In this document: positions 1-13,961 of the stretch, one piece after another
Layout: every line of letters begins with the position of its first letter
Numbering within the stretch: position 1 is the first letter of the stretch
NCBI GenBank assembly: GCA_965202585.1
Contig: OZ241826.1
Span: 37,262,001-37,326,000 of the forward strand
Direction: 5' to 3'
From: Thalia democratica
Lineage: Eukaryota
DNA: 64,000 nucleotides
Translations under genes and position numbers: made by a program
The notes under the pieces: generated by a model
What the model was told of the DNA's origin: nothing
Databases searched by the model: none
What the model saw: only the letters and a program-made list of their open reading frames with translations

Positions 1-1699
1 ATTTTGTATATAACAAATGCTTACGAGAAAAGAGCAATATTTCTTATTTCTTTAAATTTTTCTATATTTTATTTGCATTGATTTTATTTTGAAACGTTAA
101 TAAAAGTTTTCATATTTTTGAGTGATTTTAATTGGCTTTGTATTTAAAATTCGACAGTAGTAATTCAAAATTATATATTATAGAAAGTAGTTTATACACA
201 AATTTGATATTGAAAAAAACTTAAAAATAATAAAACAATGAATCCTATTTTTAATTTCATTTAATATATTTTTCAAATCCAGCAAAAAAATCATCCTTAA
301 TTTAAATTTTTCTAAGTAAACATTAACTTGTTTAAATTGATTTATTATGTAAGAAGTTGAATATAAACCATAGTTAAAATAACTTAATTAAATTAAAAAA
401 AATGCTTTGGTTTATGCATCATCTGTACTTTCAGATCAAAATCTACAAAATTTGTTCAAAAAAATGACTTCTCTCAAATAAATTCAAGTAGTTTTATATG
501 AACTTAACTATTAATACTAACTTCAAATGTCAAGTCATAATTACATAACTTCCGCTGTTGTGTAGAAATAATTAAACCTTAAGTTTGATCTGTCTAATCA
601 TTGTTATTGTAATTGTTACATTTTAAAATGTAGTTGTATTATGTATTAATGAACAAAAGTAATAACACATAGTTATGTTTTAGACTTTGTATAACTAAAT
701 TAATGATGTTTATTCAAGACTACACAAAAACTACAATTTTTGTCATTATGAAACCACACAAATACTTAGAAGAATTTTTAGATATTAGTTAAGACAGTTT
801 TCTGTAGTTAAATTTACTTATACAATAAATATTTTCAGTTTAACAGTAACTCATTTTTTGATTATTCACACAAAGATTGTTGTAAGGGTATAAACAAAAA
901 AATATATACTTTGAGGTAAAGATAAAAACAGTTTGCTGAGTTTTAAACATTTTAAAACGTTAGAACTATTAAACGGTAAACTTTTATAATTTTGAAATTA
1001 TTTAAAAATTGTTTTATGTATGTAAAACAGTTATTAACAGTGTGGAAATATACTTATTTATCGAAGCAAGTAATTTTTTCTCGAATTGGACACTAAAAAA
1101 CTGTTAATTAACAAAACTAAGTTCCTTATCTTTATTTATTATATAGTATTAATGCATTTCAGTGGGTATATAAATCCATGTTATTGTTAAGCTTTCAAAT
1201 CTATAAATATTTAACTTACAAGCATAACTTCTTTTCACTGATTTAGTATGTTAAAATTTAATAATATTGATACTTTTGTATACTAAATTGTAATTAATGA
1301 AACTGGTTTGTTTCATGTGAGTACAGTTTGTAAAATTTAGATTAACATTTTTTAACAATACAAAGCTGTAAAAGAGTAAGCTGTACAAAAGGGTAAGAGT
1401 GATAGTAAAATAAAAATAAAATAAATTTTTTTTAAATCAATAACTATTTTTTTCTTAAGTTAAAAAAATAACAAACCGACCGAGGGTAAGGGCTAGGGGT
1501 AAAAAAATTATTTATAAAAAGTTTTTTTATAGAATTTAGATAAAAAAAAATTAAAAAATTTATCAGTGCTTTTGTCAAGTAGAAAACAATTTTAAACTTA
1601 TTATTATATAATATTTGTTTTTGACTAAATTTAATGACTTGAAAAGAATTTCAAAGATGTAGTTATTCTATTTTTATTTTCATGTTAACTTAGAAAGGT

Positions 1700-2830
1700 G
1701 AAACAACTTTCGATAAACACTTTTTTCAAATAAAAATCATAAGAATTTGTTCAAAAAAAAAAACTTGTCTCATTTCAACTTTGATAAAGGCTGTACAGGA
1801 TTACATTGCAAGTCATTCTAACTTCAGTACAGCTAATATTTTAAAACATTTAAATGGTGTTTTAAATTTTTTCAGGATAAAGAAAAAAACAAAATACTTA
1901 TTTACAATAAACTTTAAGAGTCTTTACTTTTGACGAAGTTTTTTGACGAAGCTAGTTTTTTCTTATTTGCAAAAAAATTACAAAACTTGTTAACTTTTTA
2001 CTAAACGTTTATTATGAAAAGGCAAATGGAAAGTATCATACTAGTTAATAACATCATAAAAAAAAATTTGATGTAATACTAAGACAAAAAATTCCGATAT
2101 TCTTCATAACGAATTAGATTTTCTGAATTTCCATTTAATTTACCGAAATAAAATATTTCAAATATAATATGAAACAAACTTTTTTGTTTCATCCAAATAG
2201 TTGCCTGCAAGTACATAAAAAAATGGTTAGTTTAGTAATTTATTTTAATTCAAATTTATATACATTACTATCTGGTTAAGTATGTGTACTTAAAACTCAC
2301 AACTAAAGGAATATATGCTTTACAAGCTGTACATATAAAATTTGTTTAAGTTAAGACTAGATCAAGTACGTTATTAGTATAAACCGTAAATTACATTATT
2401 AAAAACTGTAATAACATTCTAGAACTACACTTTGAAATAAAAATGTCTTGCCGAAATAAATTGCGTTTGTTAGGTTTAAATAAAGTCATAAAACTAGTTT
2501 TTGAGTTTATACTAACTTAATAGTAATACTTCTACAAACCATGAAGGTCAAATCAAAATTTAGGTTTTCATCTCCCTAAATGAATTAAAAAATATCCTAT
2601 ATATTTAAGCCGATTTCTAAACAGCAATAACATTTTATTGTCTTATTTGTTGTTAAAATCTGATGCATCGTTGTTATGAAGCTAAATGGTTTAGCTTATA
2701 ATTGAATAACAAAAAAAATTATATGAAATAAACTGAGTAAATACTGAGTAAATTTATCACGTCATAACGACATGACTTCCGCTTGTGTGTAGAATTAAGT
2801 AAACCTTAAGCTACATCTTTTTTTATTTAG
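1700..2830 (+). repeat. Dispersed repeat family A copy (unknown class)
   Basis: Colinear with 26500-27720, 21230-22200, 7060-7960 and 62640-63560; conserved ATGAAAC-N6-GTTTCAT-type and TCACGTCATAACCACATGACTTCCGC cores. Confidence 0.8.
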
Positions 2831-5413
2831 TACCTGCTTAAATTTTATATTAGATATAATAGAAACAAAAAAGTTTAAAAAGAGTTGTTTTCGTTAACTT
2901 TGCAAAAGTACTAAAATGTAATGTTCTGCTTTTAATTTTTTTATAGACAAATTAATGATTTTTAGCTTATCAACATTGAAGTATAAATAAATTTGCTACA
3001 ATGAATGTTATATTAGCAATTAATTGAACTTTTAATATTTGTTAGAAATTTTTCACTACATTAACAATCAATGTATTTTACTGGAAATAAACCAACTTAA
3101 TTAGAACAAACTCAAACCTATTGTTTCATACAAATAACTTTGTTATACAGATTAATTGAAAAAAAATAGATTTGTTTATGTACTAAAAAATGCACCGTTG
3201 TTTTTAGTTTACACTATTTGTACTTAAAACATACCATAAACAAAGTAGATGCTTATTAAATGGTACTTATTAAAATTATAGATTTTAAGTTAATTGTACA
3301 CTAGTTGGTTAAGTTGAATAACACTAGTATTACATTAATGGAGTCTTTGTGTTTCTCCAATTGTTTATTTGTACCTTTTTTGTAAAGCAAATTATTAAAA
3401 AAACTTATTTGTTTTTGATTTATATTATTTAGATACTAAAATTATGTTTACTTAGTTTTAAAGGTTCTTCTAAAATATTATTTTTTTTGTAGTTTATTAA
3501 AATTTAAAAACCATTCTTAATGTAATGTGATTTTGCACTAAAGACTGAAATTAGTAAAATATTCTTGATCTGAAATTATTTTATACTTTTACTTATGATA
3601 ATTAAAAATCTGATTTATTTTAAACTATAAAACTAACCTAAATAGAACAATGTAAAATACTTATATTTTTTAACATTTACAACAGTTAAATACTGTCCGG
3701 ATTTTAGAGGCTCAAGAAAGAATGAAGCTTATCTTCGATTTAGTTTAGGTATTTGAAATTTTCATTCGAACTTCATGTGATGAATATAATTCCGTAACAA
3801 TCCTTTAACAAAAAAATACACGAGTTTTATCTGTTTTGATAAACTTGTTTCCGTTAAACTTTGATAAACATAAAACATTTTAGCAACAAAAAGAATGTTA
3901 AACTAACATAAAATTTGTAAAATAAAATAACATTATAAAGATAAATTTATTTTTAAGATATAATTTTAATGTAAAGTATGAAAGTAAAAACGGTGATGTC
4001 ATCAGATAACATATAAAATAAAAAGTTAATATTACAATTAATAATAAAAATATGTTTTATTATTACATATTTATATTCGTATTTTGATAATGCTTAACAC
4101 CTTTTAAAAATTTCCAAATAAGAAATTAAAATAAGTATAAATGACGGTTTTTTCTTTCATACAAGTATATGATCAACTGTTTTTTAAATAAATATAAAAA
4201 AAAAACTTTCTCAGTTTTCTACAAGTTTTGTTATTTTTGAATATGTGCATGATAATAATTAGCCACTAGATAATAGGTACTATTTTAATTAGGTAACACT
4301 TTATAACGAGGCTAAGCAACTAGATATATATATTGTAGTAACAATAATTTATAAATTATTTCAAAGTTAAAATCAACGTTTCAATAGATGTTTAAATTTT
4401 TGTATCTTGTTTATGTCTAAACAAAAAAAATCTGAATTTTGTGAAGTTTTTATAGTCAATACAACACAACGACAAAAACTTTTCGTAGAATTATACTTAT
4501 GCAGTTTAATTTTTTTGCAGCACGTATACAACAACGAAAAACTTTTGTGGATTTGTCAAACTTTTTTTAACGCAACATAATTATTATTTTTTATTTTTTG
4601 CATAGGTAAAGAACTTATAGGTTGTAGTAGGCAAGTTTGACTTCAGCACACTAGTCTGCAGTTTAAAAAGCCAGTTTACTCAACAGCAACTTAAACTTAT
4701 CGAGGTAAAAATAAAAGTTTTAATCCAATCGTTTAAATGCTAAAAACGTGCTAAACTAATCTTCGTCAAAATCATTAAAAAATAAATTTTGTAAATACCA
4801 ACTACTTTTTTCTTAATTACCAAGTTATTACGATAAAATTTGGAAATATATTGCTACTTATTACTTCATCACTTGTGATCGTTGTAAATGCATGAAACAT
4901 TTGCTTAAACATTACTTATATCGGCTCGTTCATTGTGTAGCGCTTTGTGAATTTAGTTGTTATATTTGAAATAAACTAATATTTATGCAGAAAATAGGAG
5001 AAAGGTAAGGGGCTTGTCAGACTTACGAACAATCCTGTCTCTTAATTACAAACCTAAGAAGTCAGAAAAATCTTCAATTTTAGAAAACTTTTAAAAATTC
5101 GTGAAATAATTCACTGTTTGCCAACTAAACTTTTTTATAATTAAAAACATTACTGAAAAATATCCTAAAAAATTAAAAGTCATTAATTTTTTGGAGTAAA
5201 ACTGTTATTCCGTATAAGTACATAGAATTACATTTAAATCTAAAACAAACTTAGCTTTTCAAATAAATAAAAAATGATTTTTTTTGTTAGCTTTATTAAA
5301 TATTTCTTTACTTCTTTCTTCATTTACAATCATACCTATCATCGACTATCTTTTGCTTTTGTTTCAAATTTTTGTTTTATTTATTCTTCAGTATTTATAA
5401 AGCTATCTACAGT

Positions 5414-5986
5414 GGAAATAGATCTAAATTGCACGAAGTAACTAAATTGCACGAGAAAAAACTGCACGAGTGCACAAAATTGCAAATAGCCAAAATTGCA
5501 CGAAAAATAGAAAGATAGTTTGATAAAAAAAATACTGACCAATGGTAAGGGTTAGTAGAAACAGTGAAATTGAAAATTAACTACTAAAAGTTAAATAAAA
5601 CAAAACAAATTAAACATAAAAAACTACCGACCGAGGATAAGGGTTAGGGGTAACAGTGATGGTAAAAAAATAAAATAAAAAAATTAGAAAATAATCATAA
5701 AATAAATAAAAAAACAAAAATCTAAACAAAAAGAATAACTTACCAACCGAAGATAAGGGTTAGGGATAACAGTGATGTAAAAAAAAAAAAATAATGCAAA
5801 AATTAAAATTAAAAAAAACAATTAAAAATAAATTTAAAAAAATTTAATTATGCAAAAATGTCTCTGCAATTTTATCCTCTCGTGCAAAAGTATCTTCGTT
5901 TAAAAGTATATCCGTGCAATTTTGTGCATTCGTGCAACTTTGTCTCCTTTTGCTATTTTTACGCTCGTGCAAATTTGATAGCTACC
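5414..5986. mobile_element. MITE-like element with inverted TTGCACG arrays and internal ~110-bp tandem units
   Basis: AAATTGCACG units at 5414-5510 face CGTGCAA units at 5860-5986; three internal ACCGAGGATAAGGGTTAGGGGTAACAGTG-like units. TSD not convincing. Confidence 0.65.
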
Positions 5987-7059
5987 AATCTATAACAGTT
6001 GAAAGTAAGTTTAGAGTAATAAACTAAGCCTTTTTATTGTAACATTATAAAACTAAAACCTTCTTTTAATCGTAGAACTTCTACTTATGCATTTTGTAAC
6101 AGCATATTAAAAATGTCATACTAAATAGTAACATCAAAATACGAAGCTTTTATTTTAATGAAATATAAAAACCAACATAAATTTTAAATTACTCAGTTAA
6201 ACCTTTTTTTTCAGAATTCCTATATAATTTACATAAAAGAAGCTAGTTTACAGAAAACAAAACGAAACTTGTTTGTTTCATACAAATAATTGCACGTCAG
6301 AGGTTAAATGTAAAAATATTAATAAAATCTTTTTAAGGAAAAATAAAGATTCCTTTTTCTGTTTAGATTATATGTATTTATAACTCCCCACTAAAGGAGT
6401 ACTTAATTGTACTTCTAAAATTTATCAAACTAAATCCAGAAAATCATTAATACTAGCTTTGAGTAACAATATTAAAAACTATAATGTAATTAATAAAAAA
6501 TACTTAAGTTAAAGTTACTTAAAGAAAAGCTTTACACGACATAGCAATTTTAATTTTATTTTACTAAATTTAAAAGTTATTTTTTATGTAATGTCTTTTA
6601 ACACTTTTGTTGACATTTATTTTTAAAGTTTTTAATATTATCTAATATTTTATAAGAATTAATCCTACTCATGTTAATTAGTGTTTGAACTAATTTTAAA
6701 CAAATAGGTCTTACTACAAAAGTCTTAAAACATTATAATTAAAGGAATTTACAGAAGTCATATATAGATTCAAGACTTACGGTTACTATATAATGTTTTG
6801 TTATGAAAGTTTAAAGTAATCTAGAAAGCGATATAAAGCAATTTTTAAGATATAAATTCGTTTTATGACTTTCAGTTAACTTCGGATGATGAAATTTTTT
6901 TATTTAATTCTTTTTTTAAACCAGAAAGTACAAATTTTTTAATCAATATACTTGTCTAGTTGAAATTTGGATAAACGCTATATAAAATAATATTGCGATT
7001 TTTTTTTTACTTTAGTAGCTGATATTTGAAATAAACTCAGAAGAATTTGTAATTATTTT

Positions 7060-7960
7060 TTTTGAACCAAAAAAATGCTTAAACTAAATTATTTTATAGT
7101 GTTAGTTTTGAATAAAGTGTTTTGACAGAAGTAGTTATTTTGTTTTATCAAAAAACTTGTTTAAATTTTACTTAACATGTTTTCTGAAAAAAAAATTAAG
7201 TTGTCATACAAAGTTTTAACATCAAAAAATGATTTTTTTTAAATTACTAAAAAAAAAAATTGTTTTAATTTTTAATGTTTAGATTTTTAATTTTTTTTTA
7301 AGTAGTTTTCATTTGATTTACCTAAACAAACTAACTATAAATATAAAATGAAACTTTGTTGTTTCATACAAATAATTCCTTGAAGGACATTAAAAAGAAC
7401 AAAAAATATATTTTATGTACTAAGAAATAAAAAGGTCGTTATCTATTTTTAACATTTATACTTTAAAATCACCACTAAAGGTTTTTGCTTTACAGACTGT
7501 ACTTAGTAAAACAATTAAATTGAAGGCTGGACTGTTAGATAACAAATACTAACTTTAAGTACCAAAATTAAAAAACGTAATACCATTGTAAAGCTAAGTT
7601 CAAAACAAAAAGTTTTTGTAGCAAATACAAAGCCTTTTTTAGATTTAAAAAGTTAAAAAGTTAATTCTAAGTTTATACTAAAATAATAGTACAAATTTTT
7701 ACAAAAATTAAAAAAAGTGTTAACTCTTCTGAAATTTACTTTATAACAAAAATTTATTTATTTATTTTGATGAATAGCAAGAAGATTTGTTTTCTTAATG
7801 TTTTTGATGAACTTTTGTTATTAAGCTAAAGATAAAATTTTATAATTGAAAAAGATTAATCTCATATGAACTAAACTATTAACACTGAGTTCAAGTATCA
7901 CGTCATAACCACATAACTTCCGCTAATATGTAGAATTAATTAAATTTTATCTGTTTGTTA
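7060..7960 (+). repeat. Family A copy
   Basis: Cores at ~7349 and ~7896. Confidence 0.75.
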
Positions 7961-8619
7961 AACAAAATTGTTATATATATTTGTTTAATTGACTATTTAA
8001 ATATTTAGTATCATCTTTGTAATCACAATACTTAAAAAAATATTTTCTTATTTTAATATTGAACAAATATAAAAATGTTTAACACTGTTTTTGATTTCGT
8101 ATAAATAAATTAATAAACTTTAGTTTATAAACATCACGAATAGTATAAATTTTGTAACCATTAACTCACACTAGTAATTTGTAGAATTTTTACAAATTAG
8201 TTCAGATAGTTTGCTGTAGTCAAATTCACTTATGCAAATAATACTTTTTAATTCGGGTTACTCAGTTATCACGCCATAACCATGACTTGCGCTTGTGTGT
8301 AGTAATAAGTAAATACTAAGTTATATTTATTGTTACTTAAATAATAAGTTTTATCTTATTGATTTTATACTTATGAAAATAGTTGCTCTATTTAATAATG
8401 AAAAAAATATTAGAATACTAAAATCTGTTTTTATTATTTTATAAACTAATTAATGGGATTCGTGTTATAAAGTCTTACTAAATTAAGTTAATCTTTCTTG
8501 TTAAAAATTAACATTGTTCAGATTATTTTATTTTGAGGTATTCAAAATTGTTTTTATTTAAAATTAGAAAATTTTTATTTATCTAGTTTATTTAAATCAA
8601 GGATATAAATATGAATTAA

Positions 8620-9236
8620 TAAATTATTGTACGTTATTATATTGTTCTACGTAAATCTTTAAAAAAAAACTTTTATTTAAGAACTTTATTTATGCACTGA
8701 TAAGGTCTTTGACCAAAACTTAGTTTGTAAAATAAATTCTTAAAAGAATAAACTCATAAAAACTTTACATTGAAATTTCAATAAAAAACTATTACATTTT
8801 ATTCATTCAAATTAACTTGCTTTTAAAAGCGAATATTATTTAAAGAGACAAAAATTACTTTGTTAAAATTTCTATTTGAAAAAAAAAATTAGAACTGTGC
8901 AAAAGTAAAGTTCCGTTCAAAATTCACTTATTTTATAAAATTTTAGCAGCTCATAAGTATATCCGTGAAAATATAACGCTGTGCGAAAGTGACGCTTTGC
9001 AAAAATGTCGCCATGCAAATGTAACGTTGTGCAAAAGTTTTGATGTGTAAAAATCTCGCCGTGCAAAAGTGAACCATTGTGCAAATGAGTCGCCGTGCAA
9101 AAGTTACCCCTCGTGCAAAAGTGACCCTCTGTGCAAAAGTGACGCCGCGCAAAAGTTTCCCCTCGTACTAGAGTGACGCTCGTGCAAAAGAGTCGCCGTG
9201 CAAAAGTGTCCCCTCTTGCAAAAGTGACTTGTTCCA
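8620..9236 (-). mobile_element. Truncated copy of the same TTTTGCAC-array element
   Basis: The array (8900-9236) and adjacent unique tail match 60597-~61130 in reverse orientation. Confidence 0.8.
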
Positions 9237-10077
9237 ATTTTAGCTACTAATTTTCAATTTTTTTGTTAAATTTCCTTATTGGATAAAGTTTATGTAATCA
9301 AAAGTTTAAATTTGGCATCGTATCTTAATGTAAAAAAAATGTCTAGGGGCGATAAAAACTCCTTACACTTAAAAATAATTTAAATTTTCAATTATCGGGT
9401 TCTAGTTTAAGTTTTAAAACAGAGCTTTAAAAATGTTGACAGTTTGCAAATAGTCTGTATCTCTTATTCAAGTTAACCTTTTTATATGCATGTATAGGTT
9501 TTAAGTGTTTTATTGTTAGTAATAAACTGTTGAATAGATATTTGATAAAAATCTCCTTAAAGACATTTAAGTCGAGAACTTTAAATTGTTTAACTTAAAA
9601 CAAGTTACAATACAAAAAAGATGTTAAGTAGTAAGTTTATTAAAAATAAATTAGTATTTAGTAGTAAAGCCACTGTTTTTTATTTATTAAAAGTGTGTAT
9701 TTTTCTTTACATGTGTTATTTAAAAAAAAGCAAAAGTAAAAAGACGAAGTTTTCAGTTTGTTTTATTAGATTCTTTAAACAAAAACAGTATAATGCTAAA
9801 CAAATGATAACGTTACCACTTTTTATAATCTATAACATAACAAAGTGTTCAATTGATCAAGATTATAAAACTTTTGTCAGGGTCAATAAACATAATCTAT
9901 GTATAGCATCAAGTAAAAGTCAATAACTAGTGAAATACACATAAACATATCTCTTTAAAAAATGTCGTGTATTTCTGTTTTCAAATGCAAAATGATAAAC
10001 CATGTTAAAAATTAAATAGCTTCAATAAACTTAAACAAGTTTTTCATAACTTCAACTGAAAACATATTTATACTGGC

Positions 10078-10540
10078 TTAAACGATTGGAACTGTTGAAC
10101 AACACAGTACATTGTCAGTACCGAAATCTTTCAATAGTTTCCACTCATCCGTAATAACATCATACATCCAAACCATTTTAGATATAGTTGGATTTTCAGA
10201 CAAGGGAAATACCATGATATTGTTACCGATGGTAACAGCAGACAACATAAGACAAAAAGGTTTATCAAGTTCCTTTACTAAGGTAAACTTCCTGTTGAAA
10301 CTTTCGAACAATTCACACGTTTTACTCCACATATCACCAATTACAAACATTTTGTTACCCATACTAACTGAACCGTGGTTCATGCGAGAATGAACCATGT
10401 CAGGCAAGTGAATCCATTTATTTTCATGAAAATTATAAGTCCTTACCGAACTATATTTACCGACAAAATTTCCACCGGTAACAACAACTTAAAAAATTGT
10501 ACAAGATGCATATTCTCTTTTATCAACTTCTGCTATACAG
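10078..10540 (-). pseudogene. Kelch-repeat gene, 3' part (split by the retrotransposon)
   Basis: CIAEVDKREYASCTIF*VVVTGG...NKWIHLPDMVHSRMNHGSVSMGNKMFVIGD are kelch blades; contains an in-frame TAA. Confidence 0.85.
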
Positions 10541-11135
10541 TGTGAGCTGCTGTATCTGCCCTAGTATCCATTTTCTTCTTATTCGAGCGAGTCGTGATTT
10601 GTTGTAATGACAACGGTTTATATTTATTCTTATCCTTATTATGATTTTTAGAAATATATGATTTTTGTTAAAGTAGGTTTAAGCTAAAATATATTTCTTT
10701 TTTAGTTGTGAAATTTATTTACAAAATTATAAGAGAAATAAGTGCATGCAAAAACTACAACACGTGATCAAAAAATAATACAATAGTCAGTAGACTAACA
10801 GTTTCCTCGAATTTATACTAACTATCGCCCAACAATCGTAGTGAATTTCCGAACTCTTAGTCCCTTATGCGTCGATAGCAACTATTGATTTAATATCTTG
10901 AGTGATAGATTCTCCACGACGTTACTTCCCACAGTTTAACAATGTTTAGTGACGGATGGTTTTTAGAACTGCCTTTTTTAAGAAAACGCTCTGATTTTAT
11001 ACTAATTCAAACGAAGTTTACTCCTTATATAAAAATATGTTTGTTTTTTTAATACTGGAAGCACGTCTTTAAATCTGCGTAAAACAGTTTACAAAATTCG
11101 CTTTTAAATAAATTTATCGAGTGTTCACCACGACA
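10541..11135 (-). repeat. 3' LTR (595 bp)
   Basis: Minus strand TGTCGTGGTG...GCTCACA; direct repeat of 19586-20178. Confidence 0.95.
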
Positions 11136-11150
11136 TTATCTTTCTTTTAC
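11136..11150 (-). other. Polypurine tract
   Basis: Minus strand GTAAAAGAAAGATAA abuts the TG start of the 3' LTR. Confidence 0.75.
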
Positions 11151-11369
11151 TAAAAAAATGACGTTTATTGTATAACTTTTTAATAAATACAGACCTAGTT
11201 TTTTTTCCCACCTAGTTAAACAAAAAAAAAATTCTCACTGCGGTTTTTTACAAATAATCAGTACTTATTCGAGAAACTGTAAAATTAAAACAATATACAA
11301 TTAACAAAAAAAAAAAAAAAACACACTACTGTAATAATTCGCACACCCTATTTACAAAAAAAAAAGTGT

Positions 11370-11612
11370 TCAGTTCCAAAACTTTTTGCACATGTCAATT
11401 ATGCCTGACAAAAAAAGGAATGCTGTATACGTCCTTGCTAGGAACTGGTAACCTGACTCGGCGCCATCAATTATCGTTCTGTAGTCCACCCTGCTTCTTC
11501 TATAATCTGAAAACTCGTCAACAGAAGTATGATTCCTTCTTATGTTTCTGGAACCTCGTGGACTTCTAGAGCGAGTCCTTGATTAACGGGCGGGTGTAAG
11601 TCCACGATACAT
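11370..11612 (-). other. Putative small Arg/Ser-rich accessory ORF with one internal TAA
   Basis: MYRGLTPAR*SRTRSRSPRGSRNIRRNHTSVDEFSDYRRSRVDYRTIIDGAESGYQFLARTYTAFLFLSGIIDMCKKFWN; lies in a GC-richer patch within the AT-rich 3' region. Confidence 0.4.
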
Positions 11613-12271
11613 TTCGAAATATCAATATAACAAATTTTCCAACGGCTACTCGCGTTATATAACGGAAAGGAAAAAAATTGGAGTCGTTTTTTATGCAAGA
11701 AAAAATTCAATAAAAACTAACGATGTCAAAAACGAAATAAAACTGTCGTAAAATTCATTTTAAAAAAATAAAATTTTTATTACTGCATTTAAAAATTCGT
11801 TTGAACAAACCGTTGTGAAAACAAAAATCAAGGAGTTATTTGTCAAAACGTTCCATTTAAGTTATCGTTTAAAATTCTATTGAAGTTCGACAAAAATAAC
11901 ATTCGCTTAGACAACTTCCAAAACTGTTTAAGATCATTTTTATAGTTCGAAAAAATACAAACAATCTCGAGAATAATTTAGAAATCGTTATAATTTATTA
12001 TTATAAGGTATATTTGTTGACAAATGAAATGAATTTAAAATTTGAAAGTTTTGTTAAATAAAATTATATCTACATAAATTTGGTTAATATTACAACTTTA
12101 ATTCTAAAATCTAATTCTAATTACAAATCAACAAAAGTTTGTATAATATTTGATATTAAAAATTCAAGTTAAAATACTGTAGCAATAGAATTTTATATTA
12201 TATATCTAATATAAAATTATTAAAAATATTTCTACATACACAAGTTCAACTTATTGTTCAATGTTTTTGGT

Positions 12272-13961
12272 CTAAGTTTCTGGTTGAACCATTCTTTCCT
12301 TTCTACAAGCTTTTGTAACACATTCTCTGACGGTCTGGATTATTACAATCAGTAATAACAAGGTTATACCAATTGTTTACGCTTTAGTCAGAATGTCCAG
12401 AATGTTCTCAGTTTTTCCCCAAATTCCGAAACTAATCGATTTGAAAATGTCTGTAATAAACGACGAATCGAACTTCCGACCTTCAACTAAATAAGGTTCT
12501 ATATCAATGCCATTGGCCTCATATGTCTTTTTCGTGAGGTAAATTATGTTGTTTAACTGCTGCTTTGTATTTTCTTCTTCGGAATTCGCAATACGTTTGA
12601 AGTCGTCCGCCATTTCTGCCTCGTCTAAGCTGAATAATTTTTCGTTCAAGTTTAGGTCTTTGATGGTTATTCGATGAATTGAAGGTTGTTCATCTACTAA
12701 AGTTTCATTTTCGAAAAACAGAACATTTTCTCCGAATTCATAAGATTTTTTGTTTGTAGTAAATACAGTATTAGTAATACTTTTTGATAAAAATCGGCCC
12801 TGGCGTAAAGAAGCGGTAATTGTTCCCAAGCCAATATAAACTTTAAATAAGGGTCGATCAGAAATACGACCCTTATGTTTCAAGGTAGGCTGCAAGTATG
12901 CTTCCACCATAGTGCACTTCAACTTTTTAAGGATTCCAGCTGAATACACAGCGTTTACGTTGTTATTCAGTAGGAAACTCAGAGTTTTGGAAGGATTTAG
13001 TTGTTGAGATCCCATTAGGGAAATCAAGCTGGCGCGTGCGTTTTCACATAATGCATTTTCAAAAACACGTTGGAGTAATTGAATATTCAAGAGATTTGCA
13101 TTCGCTACAGTCGTTATTGCAGCGTAGATTTGCTTAAACTTTGCAGAAGTGTTCATGAACCCTGAAGCAACACATGCCCACTTAGGGTACAAAGGAATTT
13201 CTCCCCCTCTTTTTTTGAAATGCACTTCCTCTTTTTTTCCTCACATTTAGCCAGAACAGTGCTTATTAAATTCGTCCCTTTTACTTGGTAAATAACTCCA
13301 TTTGTAGTCGTATGCAAAAAAAGGCTAGCGTTTGACTTCTTAGGATTATTGTGACATGTCTTCACTTTCTCCTCCTCATAAAAGATAGACAAATTATCAG
13401 ATGAGCGTATATTTTCTTTGGAATCGCACTGAAGGTCACCCAAGGTAACATGAGAAAATTTATTTGTGAGTAAATCTTTTTTGATCGAGAGATACGCTAA
13501 AACATAATTCTCATTTTTGATTGTATTAGTATACCACCAATTAAACACTGGTTTAAGGATATTCCTAGTAGAAAGTTTGTGGTCATCCTCCGGAAATAAA
13601 ATTCCCTGTTGTGTATATCTATTTCTATGGGCTCTTTTGCACGAGTCAGTATCCACTGGCTTATAGATAACATTCGGCAGTATGCAGCTTTCAGCAAAAA
13701 AAAAAAAGGACAACTTGCATTCGTGAACTTCCATCTTAATTCGACATGCTGTAGCTTTGATATCTATCGTGTTGTCCATTGGCTTATACACATCAATTGG
13801 GAATATAGTCCTTGTTGAGTTTTCTGATTTGCACGGGCCTAGGTTTCTCAGCATATACGATTTCACTGGAACGTTTTTGCACAATGCAAAACATGTTTGC
13901 GGATAACTTCGTCCGCTTTAATGAAATTTAAAACGAATAGAGCAGTTAATACTGTCAGCAT
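12272..13961 (-). pseudogene. env: Env-like class III fusion glycoprotein (gB/chuvirus-like), disrupted
   Basis: Signal peptide MLTVLTALFVLNFIKA from ATG 13961; Cys-rich ectodomain; gB-like segment LCE...QLNP...VNA...KCT...Q...RPLF; transmembrane segment TIGITLLLLIVII after a premature TAA (12377-12379); TAG at 12272. Frameshifts near 13890 and 13160. Confidence 0.85.
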
